A DNA stretch of 64,000 nt, from the NCBI RefSeq assembly GCF_009914755.1, contig NC_060925.1; one strand, 5' to 3'. A program made the translations under genes and the position numbers. The notes beneath the pieces were generated by a model. That model saw only the letters and a program-made list of their open reading frames with translations. It ran no database searches and was not told the origin of the DNA. Below, piece after piece: positions 1-22,593 of the stretch. Positions within the stretch are counted from its first letter, which is position 1. Each line of letters starts with the position of its first letter. Source of the stretch: the human T2T-CHM13v2.0 reference genome, Homo sapiens.

Positions 1-305
<305 letters not shown>

Positions 306-329
306 AAATGCAATAATTAATAATAATTG

Positions 330-1330
330 GTTGTTGTAATTTAAAAGAACACTATGTACAAACCTAAGCTAATACACCTCGATGAAATAGGTGTTTTTGT
401 AGAAATTTTAAATATTACCATAATTGATGCAGAAATATATCTAGTAATTATGCAGACTATTTATGTAAGATAATTTGGGGGGAAAGTATTACGTAATTAT
501 CATTGCCCAAAAGGTTCTGAGCCATACAGTTTTGTGAAAACAGGCTTTCAGTACTTTTAAGAATAGATATTTCTGATGTTAGCATAATTTATTCCTGGCA
601 AGAAAAATGATAAGGAGCTACCCAATTAATTTGATATATCTAGGATAACTCTAAAGTAAAATCAATAAAGGAAGCCGAAAAAAATAATAAAGACAATTTG
701 ATTTGCATAAAGATTCATACATCTTAAGTACATTAAATGAAACTCAGCAACTTATTTTTAATTTTTCAAAATCGATTGGTTTTGTTTAAACAGGTATTCA
801 ATACCATTCAACAGCTACTTCTTATTTTTGAAATGCTTTTGAAGAAGTATGTATTAAAGAATATATTCTTAATATAAAGAAAAGCTTACACCAATGATCA
901 AATCATATTTAGGAGTAATTTTAATAGTGTCTACTATCTATTGGGCATTTAACTCAATCATTTCAACAACACTATAAAATAACTTATTGTCCCTATTTTA
1001 AATAAATCTTTACACAGATTGTAAATGGAGGACCTAGTATAGGAAGACTTAACCATTGTAGTGAAACAGTGGAGATATTCTCATTCACTGGGGACATAAA
1101 AGAGATTTGCTTCATAAACAATAAAAATCTCACACCAGAGAACAATGAAAGGAAAAATGAAAGGTCAGCTGCACCTGGGAAAAACTCATGCAACCTATCT
1201 GATAGAGAATGGTTTATTATCATTAATATAAAATCAGGATGTGGTATTTTTATTTTTTTAAGAAAAAGCCATCAACTCAAATCTTACTTTGGATGTTGTA
1301 AACATTTTCGTCCTGATAACAATTTGAGAT
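330..1330 (+). mobile_element. Highly decayed L1M ORF2-derived fragment
   Basis: A-rich sequence with residual L1 ORF2-like words (GAACACTATGTACAAACC...CTCGATGAAATAGG); no intact frame. Confidence 0.45.
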
Positions 1331-3192
1331 TTCCTCTTCCCCAAGCTTTTTGCCTTTTCTGGAGAGGGAGAAAAAATAAGCATTAGGGAAATTCTAGATA
1401 AAAGTTATTCTGTATTTAACTTTTATTAAAATGCATTATCTTTGATGATTCAATCCACTTTGATTTAAAACTACTTTTAAAATATTCACGGGTTTTATAG
1501 TAAGATACTATCACAGTTGTATTTTTTTTGACTCTTCAAAACACAAAATTAAATTTTCTCACTTTCATATATTTAGTTCATTCTCAGACTGAATGTGTCC
1601 TAACTGCATATTTCAGGAGATTGCTGTCGTTAGCCATTGAAGAAATTTTAATTCCCTTTGATCAGCTAACCAGGTTAAACAACTTCATTAGGAGATAAAA
1701 TTTTAATTAAGAAGGAAGCGCTTTGGGATTAAAAGAAAAAAGTTGCTAAAACAAGTTGAAATGTCATCAAATTTTATTCGTTCATATAAAGTATTGGCTC
1801 GGCATATATGGGGTGTGCGGTGTTTACTACATTTTGTCCTTGTCTCTCTTTTTTTGCCTTTGTCCACATTGTTTATTTAGATGCTACAAATGGGTAGTCA
1901 GAGAATTAAATGTACTTATATTTTCAAGGAGACATTCCTGAAATGGTTTTTATTCTCATTTGCATGGGAACTATGTGTGAAATAGACAAATACAGGCAAG
2001 TCTATGGAGGCTTCAAGTGGCAATAGGTCAATTCACTTTATCTTATTCACTCTTCCCCTTAGAAATAAATACCTTGTGGTGGGTTGTCTGTCCAATGGTA
2101 ATGTTCCCTGGGCTCCACCATCAGCTTCAAACAAACATGGAGTCAACAGCAAAATAATATTCTTTCATATTCTCTTACAGTTCTCTCATGTTTATTCTTC
2201 CTATCCTGGACACTTGAATCTACTGTCAAATCAGCATCCAGAAATGTTAGTTTACTGTCTGGTCATAGCTATTTGTTAAGCAATTTTACTGTGAGACAAA
2301 CACATTATTTGAGTCTACATTTGGGGTTCTACTGCTACTTCTTTAGCTATCTGATTCCTTCGAAATTTAATGGCAAGCTATAGTCTTGTGGCCTCTCACA
2401 ATTTATTACCATTATTCTTTTCTTTGGGAAACATTGACCTATACTGTGTTCTGAATGATCCTTTATTTATTCCATTTGCCCATCAATATTTATTGAATTC
2501 TTATGATGGGCCTAACACTACATAAGTTATGAGGGTTACATATAGACATAAGGTACATGTTCCCACCTATACCTTCAGCCTTATCACTTCTCTCTCCTTA
2601 GGTTGCAGGTTATGCTCAAGGAAAATTACATTGCTCAGGCTCTTCACCTCTGTATTTTCACTCATCCTTCAAGATTAAGTTCAAGCCTTATTCAGAGATC
2701 ACTTTTTTTCTGTCTTTTTAACATCCCTTCTTGCTGGAAGCTTTACTAATTTCTCCTCTTCTGGGTCTCTTAGTGGGTAGGTAACTATTGTATTTGCCTC
2801 ATTGTATTAAAAATATCAAGCCAAGACTATAAGGGCAAAGCTGCATCACATTCATCATTATATCACCATCTTTTGACTGGTTGGATACATTAATAGTAGT
2901 CACTCTATAACTGTTCATTGAGTTCGTATAAACTTTACTGAGCTAAGTCTAATAAGTGAGTAACAAATCCAAATAGAGATGTAAAATGGTAAAATAAAGT
3001 ATCTATGAGCTAGGACCAAAGTGTTACAGAACGACAATGCAAGGAAGGAAAAGGAGCAAAATCTGTCTGCAAGTTTTATAGCTATTATGTCTCAATTTGA
3101 GAAGTAATGCCCCAATACAAAGATATGAATCCAATTGGGAGCCATGTCAGTGACCACTATATTGAATCTTATTAATGGTAAAATTCCTTGTG

Positions 3193-3603
<411 letters not shown>

Positions 3604-3669
3604 TTATTGTTAAAAAACTAAGGTTTTAAATAGATTTTTCAAATTCATATAATTTGTAGAGTTAGTTTC

Positions 3670-3820
3670 TTTTGTTTGTTTGTTTTGGTTTTGGTTTTGG
3701 TTTGAGACAGAGGTCTTGGTTTGTTGGCCGGGTTGGTCTCGAACTCCTGGCCTCAAGTAATCCTCCCGCCTCAGCACCCCAATGTGCTAGAATTATAGGC
3801 TTTAGCCACGTGCCCAGACT
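3670..3820 (-). mobile_element. Alu monomer (FLAM-like)
   Basis: T-rich tail then GGTCTCGAACTCCTGGCCTCAAGTAATCCTCCCGCCTCAGC. Confidence 0.8.
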
Positions 3821-4059
3821 GTAAAAGATTCTATCATAATCTGAATTTTATAATATGAAATCCAATGCATTGTTCACTACACCATGTTGTCTTTTATTGC
3901 ATATGTGAGATGTTTGGAAGCAGAAAGGGTTTAAAGCTATGCCAGATCATAGCATGCTCATAAGGGGCCCTCTACACATGGGCATGGCACTCTTTTTCCA
4001 GTAACAACTAATATTCATTTGGTATTTCCTATTTGCAGGGCATTTTACTAAGTTTGTCT

Positions 4060-4220
4060 GAGGAATTAAATTCTTACAGCTGTTATCTCCACTTTGGCGA
4101 TGAGAAAATTAAAAGGCTTGGAGATGTTAAGTCACTATCACATAGCTGCTAAGTAAGGGATAAAGTCAGAATTTATACTAGGCATTCTGAGTCCAGTATC
4201 CACATCTTAATCACTGCACT
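4060..4220 (-). mobile_element. MIR
   Basis: TTATCTCCACTTTGGCGATGAGAAAATT...GTTAAGTCACT resembles the reverse-complemented MIR core. Confidence 0.6.
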
Positions 4221-4479
4221 CTTATGTGTCCTATATGCAGATATTTTTAAAACAGTATTGTGGGAAAAAGTATTTTTATTCCAAATATCTGAGTAAATAA
4301 ATATAATTTTATATTAAAAATTAAACTTGAATTAACAGTTTATTTTCATACCTCTGTGTTTGAAATAAAAATAGATTTATTATATTAAAATGTTTTAAAG
4401 TTAGTAGAAATACTGTGTTGTTATCACAAAATAAAAAAAGAAAAGAAACCAAACCAACCCCTCAAAAATGTGAGATGGA

Positions 4480-4635
4480 CATTGAGAAAATTTTGGAGGT
4501 GATGGATATGTTTATCACCGTCATTTCAGTAATGCTTTCATGAGTATATATGTATGTTCAAACTCATCAAATTGTATACATTAAATATGCACAGATTTTT
4601 ATATTAATTATAACTTGATAAAGCTTAGAAAAATA
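4480..4635 (+). mobile_element. Old L1M (L1MC/MD/ME-type) 3' end fragment
   Basis: TTTTGGAGGTGATGGATATGTTTAT...AAACTCATCAAATTGTATACATTAAATATG. Confidence 0.65.
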
Positions 4636-5315
4636 AAACTGTTAGAAACAACTCAATTCAAACACTAACCTGAAATTGCCTTAGTTTTCATGAAGTAACA
4701 AAGCTTAAAACAATACTTACGTATTATTTTATACCAAAACTTACTAACACTGGAAAATTGAAATTACCTATATAGTAACTACTAATGTGGATACCTAAAG
4801 TTTCACAATTATTCCGAATGGATACTTTTGTTTTGTGAATTTAAAATGTGATACCACATTCAAAAGTTAATTCTGTTTAAAAGACTGCTATTATTTTTCA
4901 AAAGACCTTGATATTATTAAATATATTGTATGCCAGAGTATGTACTATCCTTATACTCTGCTTTCTTCCATTTATGGATTCTAATGAAAGGCAAAAGCCA
5001 CATCAGTTTCTCTCACTTGATCTGTCTGCAGTATTTCAATTCGTAAAGTACTAACATCAATTACTTTTTAAAAGCTATTCACTTGTCAACTGTACTGACA
5101 AATAAAATCAGGCATAAATTATGAGTCACTGCTTTTGTAGACTAAATTGATTCTTTAGAACACTAATAAAGAAAACATTTATAGAAAATTTCTTTTTAAA
5201 ATATAAATGAATGCCTATTAATTGCATCAAGTAACAATATGTCACAAAAACATTTTTCATAAAGGTTTTTTAAAATAATCACAATGGAAATTGTCATATT
5301 TGGAAGATGATGTAA

Positions 5316-7389
<2,074 letters not shown>

Positions 7390-8553
7390 AAAAATTGGTC
7401 TGAAAAGAGTAATCAAATGCTAGTGTGAGAATAAAATTTGTTCATTTTATTTGTCCAGTGTGTTCACTTTTAGATCAAACTATACCAAGTGCTTTTCAGC
7501 TAGCTTTTTTTCTTCCAGAACCAGTGGCAAAACAGCTGCTCAGCCTATTAATAGCGTTTGCCCCACAAACCAGCAAAGTTCGGAAATTGCCATCACTGTT
7601 CCTCATCTAGAGTCTAAGGTTTATGCAACTGAATCATTCATGTCCCCACAAAACTCCCATAGGGCAACTAAGCTGTCTTGCTGGAATCTTTTGCTGAAGG
7701 CTTTTAAATGCTTCATTTTGCTATCTCTCCCAGGACATTGATGCCTATAGGAGAAGCCTTGCCCCAGCCTCCGGCCATCTCCTGCACACTAAGCCTTGCT
7801 TCTTTTCTCCTTAGTCTTCTATCTGGACAGAATGTTAGGAAGGATACCCCTAGCCCTGCACCTGACACTTTTACAATCTCTGTTCAGTACTTACAAAGCT
7901 GTGTTTCCTCCACCTCCCAACCACTTCTCTGCAGCTCACTTTGGCCTTTTATTTCCTCAAATTCGGCTTCAGACACTTCATGATCATAGCCAAACATTTA
8001 TATAAGATTAAATATAAATACATATGCATATAGGTTTTCAAATTCATTGTTTTAGAAAATATATTTTTGTACATGGGTGTATTTCTACTTGTAGGCATGA
8101 CAATACTTTGTAAATCTCTCTAAGTCAACAGTAATGTCTGGAATTCATTAACAGCACTGGCTGTATAATACTGCAGGATATAGTTCCCAATGTCTTCATG
8201 TATAAATATGTTTAAATACTTTCCAGTTTTAGCCACTGTATATGCTGCTGTAATTAAAAATTGTGATATATAGGCTGTTTCGCTTTAAAGGAGTAAAAGT
8301 TAATTTTACAATTATACTAGGTTAAGTTTTATACTTTAACATGTATCCTGAAATTGGTTTTAAAAAATGCTGCAATAGTTTACCTATCCCCTGTTGTTTA
8401 GGAGGGTAGTTTCTGCTTGCATCCATAGCGGAGGTAGATATGATTAATTTCCTGTGTTCCTCTTGATGAGGGGAAGAAGGAATGTCACTGGCTGCAGGGG
8501 ACAAGGAAAGGCATCTGATGCAGAGTATCTAATTGTTCTTCAGTCTTTGCATT

Positions 8554-8916
8554 CAGGAATCCCCAGTCCCCAGGATGCGAACTTCTGCAGGTCTATGGCC
8601 TGTCAGAAATCAGGCCACACAGCACGAGGTGAGCAGTGGGGTAGCAAGCATGACCGCCTGAGCTCCGCCTCCTGTCAGATCAGCAGCCTCATTGGATTCT
8701 CATAGGAGTGCAAACCCGATTGTGCACTGTGCATGCCAGGGATCTAGGTTGCCCCCTTCTTATGAGAATCTAATGCCTGATGATCTGAGGTGGAACAGTT
8801 TCATCCCAAATCCATCCCCCACTCCCCTGACTCCTGCCACCCTTGTCCATGGGTGAAAGAAAAAAAATTGTCTTCTACGAAACCATCCTTGGTGACAAAA
8901 AGTTTGGGGACCGCTG
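8554..8916 (+). mobile_element. MER1B-like hAT-Charlie DNA transposon fossil
   Basis: Termini CAGGAATCCCCAG / TTGGGGACCGCTG; internal GAGCTCCGCCTCCTGTCAGATCAGCAGC and TTATGAGAATCTAATGCCTGATGATCTG. Confidence 0.85.
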
Positions 8917-9237
8917 TTTCTGAAAGGCCAATTTTTTTTCACTTTCCCCACTTTTCTTCCAACTCCACCAGGCTTGCTTTGGAATGTTATCAGGTACTCC
9001 TCACTCACCTCAGTTTCATTTGCTGAGCTTCATCTCTGGTCTTTTGTTAACTTCTCGTTTATTCTGTTTGCCTTTATGTGCTTATGCCCTTTTTAGTCTT
9101 TTGCTCTTATTTTCTTGGGGTTTCAGGAGGGAGTAAAGAAAAAGAATATGTTTCTTCTATGGACTTTTTCAATGGCAGTTGTTTATTCAACTTTCAGATA
9201 GATAGCATGTAATTTCTCTATTGTAGTTTTTATTTCT

Positions 9238-9549
9238 TTCTTTTTCTTTTTTTTCCTTTTTCTTTTTTGAGGCAGGATCTTGCTCTGTTGCTCAAGCTGG
9301 AGTGCAATGGCACCATCTCGGCTCACTGCAACCTCGCCTCTCAGGTTCAGATGATTCTCCTGCCTCAGCCTCCCGAGTAGCTGGGATTACAAGTGCCCGC
9401 CACCATGCCAAGCTAATTTTTGTATTTTTAGTAGAGACGGGGTTTCACCAGGTTGGCCAGGCTGGTCTCGAACTCCTGACCTCAGGTGATCCACCATCCT
9501 CAGTCTCCCAAAGAGGTGGGATTACAGACGTGAGCTACTGCGCCCAGCC
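9238..9549 (-). mobile_element. Alu (AluS)
   Basis: Full dimer; 13-bp TSD AGTTTTTATTTCT at 9225-9237 and 9550-9562. Confidence 0.95.
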
Positions 9550-9562
9550 AGTTTTTATTTCT

Positions 9563-11400
9563 CTTTGGTTTTTGTTGTTATTCTCTTGTCACCTTAAGTC
9601 ATTTTATTTTGCCAGGAATTATCCACATCCTACTGTTTTTAACTCTGTGGCCATAGAGTTTATATAACATTCCTTTGTAATTATTTTAGTCTTTGTGTTT
9701 CAGTTACAACACCTCTCTCATTCTTAATCTTTTATGTTTTGGTTCTGTCTTTTCTCCTTTATGGTTTTCATGAGGAATTTATCTCCCTTGGTAATTTACA
9801 AACGCAGCTTTGCCTTTGTATTTGTTTTGGCTTTATCCTATTTTTTCTCTTAATTATTTCAGATTCTATTGTGTAATTTCTACCTCCTATTTTATTTTTT
9901 ATTGTTTTTGTTATTTTTCCAATTTCTTGATATGTGTTTAGTTGTTTTGTTTTGCTGTTCACCTCCTCTTTAGTGATGAGGGTAAAGAGAGCCACACATT
10001 TTCTTCTGGCTCAGACTTCACTGGGTTCGTAGATTTTGGTGTGATGTATTCTTCTCTCATTATTTTCTAGATAGTTTGCTATTTTAAAAAAATTTTTTTA
10101 GTAAAAATGTTATGACATGTATATATTTTTAACTTCTGAGCAGTTATACTTTTGGAGATCTCTTTTGTATTTAAATCTGGTTGTACTCACGCTGTCAATA
10201 AATACTTACATTTATTTATATAGCCTACTATATGATCAGAATGATTCATGATAACAGAGATTCACTGTGAACAAATTCACAATGCAGTCTCATTTATTAT
10301 TTATCCTGTAATCATCTTGAAATATTCCGTGCTTTATTTCTAGGTTGATTCTGAAAGTTGATGAACAATAAAAAACACTTACAGTACTATGGCTATATAA
10401 ATGTGATTCACCTCAAGGCAAGGTAGTATGCTAAAACTGCAATCACTGTTCCTGTAAAAGAACAATACTCCAGACCAAATGAGTTGTTTTTTTTTTCATA
10501 CATTAATATTAAAATGTTTCACCACATTTTAGTTTCCCTCCTATCTGTACCAGGGGTAACTTACACAGTTTTACCATTTTTCTTATGTTTCTTGTGCTTC
10601 CTTTCCTTTCTCTTTATTCTAAGAAGAAACATACTTTTCTCCTTATCTCACCTGTATCCAATGTTTTAAATATGCTATATGTTTCTTAACATATACTTCA
10701 TTCATCTTGCTGAAGTTCATTGATTTTCTGATCTAATTGGAACCAGGTACTCTTGCAAAACTGCCATCTGAGGGATGGCTTTTACTAGATTTTGGGGTTA
10801 TTTTCATCATTTATTTTGGTATATATCTTTCTTTCTTATTTTTCTTCTTCCTGTTGCTCAGTGTAATCCTCTAGTGAGTAAATGATTGGAACACTTGCAT
10901 TTCAGAAAAGGCATAATTTGCCCATATATTTGATTCATGGTTTGGGTATAAAATTCCAGGTTGAAAATAATTTTAATTAGAAGTTAGGAGGATTTTCTTT
11001 TTTGTCTTCTAGAATTTAATTTTAGTGATGAGGTATCAGATAACAGTATAAATAACATTAGTTTATAAATGACTTTTTTTTCCCTCACAATTTAAACTTC
11101 TAGGACATTTTCTTCATCCTTGGTATTTTGAAATGTCATGATGATATATCTATTTTAGGATACATCTACATTTATTCTATTCACAGTGAACATTTCAATA
11201 TGAAGGCCAGTGTCTCTTTTCAACACAAGCAACTTTTCTTCTATTAGCTCTTTGATAATTTCTTCCCTCTTTTTTCTCTCTCTTATTCTAGAAATCTTAC
11301 TTATAGGATTTTAAACCACTTGGATTCATTATCTATATATGATTATTTATCTCACACTTTCCATCTCTTTGTTCTTTTCTCTATGTTAAGAAATAATGCC
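9563..11400 (-). mobile_element. Ancient L1M remnant (ORF2 to ORF1 region)
   Basis: T-rich antisense L1 words (GGAATTATCCACATCC...GGCCATAGAGTTTATATAACATTCC; GGGTATAAAATTCCAGGTTGAAAATAATT). Confidence 0.55.
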
Positions 11401-11402
11401 TT

Positions 11403-16917
<5,515 letters not shown>

Positions 16918-17028
16918 AAGGAGAATTGCGTAAACTTGAGAGGCAGAGGTCGCAGTGAGCTGAGACAGAGCTATTGCACTCCAGCCTGGACAACAAGAGC
17001 GAACTTCTGTCTCAAAAAAAATTAAAAA
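16918..17028 (+). mobile_element. Alu right-arm 3' fragment fused directly to the L1 5' UTR
   Basis: AGGAGAATTGC...GCAGTGAGCTGAGA...CACTCCAGCCTGGACAACAAGAGCGAA then an A-tail. Confidence 0.88.
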
Positions 17029-17555
17029 GTAGATTAGATCCCTAATATTTTACCTTTTCTCAGCTAAAGTCATTATAATTTCTCGCCAAAATATACCAGC
17101 TACCCCCTAACTGGCTTCTCTGCCTCTAGCTTTGCCCCACCTTCAATCAATTTTCAGTTCAACACCCAAGTGATTTTTTTTTTTATAAAGAGAACTACCA
17201 CATTTTTCAGTTAACAGAGCTAACTCCCCTTTATTGTTTATGTGTTCATTAGGTTTTCTTTTACTTTCAACTGAAAACATACTAAGTGCTACCATGTAGA
17301 TATTTTGAAATGTTTTCTCTCCTTCATACCAACTTGAATAAAACCTAAAATAGTATCTCTAGCTCTTAAATTTGCAGTCTTAACAACGAAAAATCAAAGC
17401 CTATATAACTTTCTGAATTTTAATTTGAGAATTTTTTGACATTGGACCATCAAGATTCTCTTAAGAAGTAAATTAAGTATTTTTAATTAAATTATGTACT
17501 TCTAAGGTATCTCATGAATGCACCAGAAACCAAGTTAAGCATAAGCAAAATCTTA

Positions 17556-17636
17556 TTCAGGAGGCTGAAGTAGGAAGATTGCTTGAGGCTAGGAGTTCAA
17601 GACCAACCTGGGCAACGTAGCAAAACCCTGTTTCTC
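17556..17636 (+). mobile_element. Alu/FLAM fragment
   Basis: GGAGGCTGAAGTAGGAAGATTGCTTGAGGCTAGGAGTTCAAGACCAACCTGGGCAAC. Confidence 0.8.
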
Positions 17637-17652
17637 TTTCTCTCTCTCTCTG

Positions 17653-17702
<50 letters not shown>

Positions 17703-17769
17703 CAGATAGATAGATAGATAGGTATAGATAGATAGATTGATAGATAGATAGATAGATAGATAAAGATAA
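17633..17769. repeat. Compound microsatellite (TC)n + (TAGA)12 + interrupted GATA
   Basis: 12 perfect TAGA units at 17653-17700, followed by interrupted GATA units. Confidence 0.97.
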
Positions 17770-17924
17770 TTTTTTTAAAATTTTAAGTTGTAAGCCAAAA
17801 TTTGAAACTTTTGGTTGTTCAACCACAGATTTGGTATTCAAACCTTGATTGGAAATTGCTTTTGATTCACTACTGAAAAGACAGTATAATGATATTAAAG
17901 AAACTCCTTTGGATAACCATACTC

Positions 17925-18390
17925 AATCAATCATTCGTGCAATAAATATCTAATGAGCATTTCCTATTTGCCAGGCATTTTACTAGATATTGGATATATA
18001 GTGGTAAGAAAAGGAGATGTGTCTGTTTCCTCATGGACTCCTCCTCTCCAAATTCAGTAGTAGGAAATAGACAATAAATAAGTAAACAAATGCTGAATTA
18101 AATAATTACACAGTTGTGATAACAACTATGTAGAAAACAAATAGGATGAAGTGATACAGGATAATGGGTAGAGGAATGGTTAACTCAGACAAGATGTTCA
18201 GGATTGATTTCACTTAGAAAACAACATTTTAAGCTGATGGTAGAGCTCTGTAATTGTTAGAAACTGAAAGAAGAGCAATGTGGCTAGGGCACAACGAGCA
18301 AGGGGAAGAGGAACAGGGTTAAATTGGAAGGGTTGTCAGTGTTCTTATCATTTAGGAAGTTGTAGGCCATGGCCAATGGTTTGAATTTTG
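17925..18390 (-). mobile_element. L2 3' region
   Basis: AATCATTCGTGCAATAAATATCTAATGAGCATTTCCTATTTGCCAGGCA resembles the antisense L2 3' end; further L2-like sequence near 19620-19930. Confidence 0.65.
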
Positions 18391-19940
18391 CTGGACATGT
18401 CTATCCCCTCAACAATGTCACCATTATCTCTTCCTGGGCTATCCTCCCTACTTGAGACCCTCTTTCACTGTCTTGCCTCTTCAATGAGCTATTCTCACCA
18501 CAGCTATAAGAACATTTTGTTTCTTTGTTTGTTTGCTTGCTTGTTTTGTTTTGTCTTCACAGGGCAAGTTCTATTTTTTTTAATTTGTTTTTATTTTTTA
18601 CTTTTAAAATTTTAAAAATACATATATTTTATCATGTTGTTTCTTTGTTAAAAATTCAAAACAAAATGAAGTTGTACCATGACATATAAAATATGGCAAG
18701 AATTTAATTTTTTTAGCTGTCTTTTCATTTGTATTCCTCTCACACAGACGAGCCAAAAATGTATTGATTGCTGTGAGATAGTGTGTCCCTGAGAGAAGGA
18801 GTTCTCCTGAAGCTTTTCCTCTCATCTTGTGGTCTTCCCTGACAGTTTCCTGGGGCCTGCTCCATACATAATCTCTCTCTCAATGTGCACTCTGTGCCCT
18901 ATTACATATCACCTCAGTGTTTGGAAAGAAAGATATAAGGCCCAAAACCATGTCCTGGAAAACTGAAACTAAAATATTCAGGTGAGAAGATGAATGCTGT
19001 GACAGACAAAGAGACATGAAGAGAGACATAGATGGGAGGAAGACCAGCCAAGTAGGTGTTGACTCATTTAACATGCTTTCAGTTCCAAGAAATGGAAAAT
19101 CTAACTCAATCTAACCAACAATAAAAGGGATTACTGACTGTCTTCAGTGAGAAGTCCAGAGATTTAAAAAGTTTCAGGCATGAGTCCCTCAGGATTCTGT
19201 TTCTGTCTTTCTGAAATTCTTTCATAATTGTTTTCTTCCAGGTGGTAGCTTTTCCCCAGGATAGTGTTATTTTTATCACAAGATGGATGTCAGCAAAACA
19301 CAGAACTACTTGCTTCCTCATTTCTTCCAAAGGAGAAAGAAGAGCCCTTTCAACAACAACAACAACAAAAAAAATCAATGAAAAAAAAAGTCCCACCAAT
19401 GTCATCAGGTGAATGCTATGAGCTGACTGACATAAATCTCAGATCCATACTTGGTATTGAACCAATCACTATGGGCAAGGGCAAGGTGTCCAGTAAAGAC
19501 CCAATGCTAAAACTGGGGTGGACTGAATCCTACCCCAACTCAAATCTGCTACTTGATGGGGGAAAGAAGGCATGGATGCTGAATAACAAAAATGTCTTTA
19601 TAGATGTCACGGATGTCAAGGTAGGTAACTGTATCAAGACTGAAGGAGCCATCAACTATGTTTAATTTTATAAAATCAAGTTGACAGAAGCCACATTGGA
19701 GAAGGGGGAGATGTGAATGTGTGGTGAGAAGATGTGCACAGCATGTATAAGAGATGCCACTAACATGGCTTAAATGAGAGCAAAGGAATAAAGCAATAGC
19801 TGGAGTGGAGTGTGGAGTCAAAGGGTGATTTTTTAGAATAGGAAATTCTACAGCGTGCTTTATGCTTTGGGTAATGATGCAGTTGTGAGACATAAAGAAA
19901 AAATAAACTTGATAAGGTAGAGAGAAAAGGCCCTAACTGA

Positions 19941-20610
<670 letters not shown>

Positions 20611-21314
20611 CTAGCCTGTGATATTTATGTCAAACCTTGCAAATTTATGACATGATAAAGCCAGCAAGACAATGAGGGGGCTTAGGAGCAGGAGCATGGT
20701 ACAAGAGACTAGTCTTTCGTAAGAGGAAGGAAATTTATTTCCTTTTAACAAGGGAAGAAGGTTGGCATCAACACATCTGCTGGTGGAAGATGATTAAGTT
20801 CCCATCAGATAGTTTCGAAATTTTTTCTTGAAATGTGATAGCAATTACAGATTTTTTTAGGCAAGGAGGATAGGCTGTCAGCATTAGAAATTTAAGAAGA
20901 AAATCAAAGGCATGAAATAATAGCTTTAGTGAGTGGGAAAGGAAGAAGGATCATCACTTGACACATAATTTTGCCTTAATACTTATCTTTGGAAAATAAA
21001 AATGTCTCACTTTAGTTCTTATATAATATAGCACTTTTTGAGTTTTAATTTAAAAAATATGGAAAAAGGAAAAAATTAATTTCTCATGAGTAATTCAAAT
21101 TTATTATGTGTTGGTACCTAGATAAATATAGTGAGAATTGAAATGAATATTACTTTTTGAACTTAAATTATTTTACCTAAAAATGTTAATTATTCAGAAA
21201 TGAGATAAACAGAATTGAACTGTAAGTTTCACAATTTACTGTCAACTGAAAGCATCAGAAATGTCCTCCATGTCAGGAGTGTTATATATTGGTCAGAGAA
21301 GATGGGTCAGATAG

Positions 21315-22593
<1,279 letters not shown>

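Noticed and set aside
9302-9667. Alu-derived ORFs (also at 42, 3199, 19941, 38305, 48992, 56381, 59516)
   Set aside because: Typical Alu translation artefacts.
19264-19665. 133-aa ORF with a poly-Q/K stretch
   Set aside because: The Q run comes from a (CAA)n/A tract in probable old LTR sequence; GTG start and no splice support.
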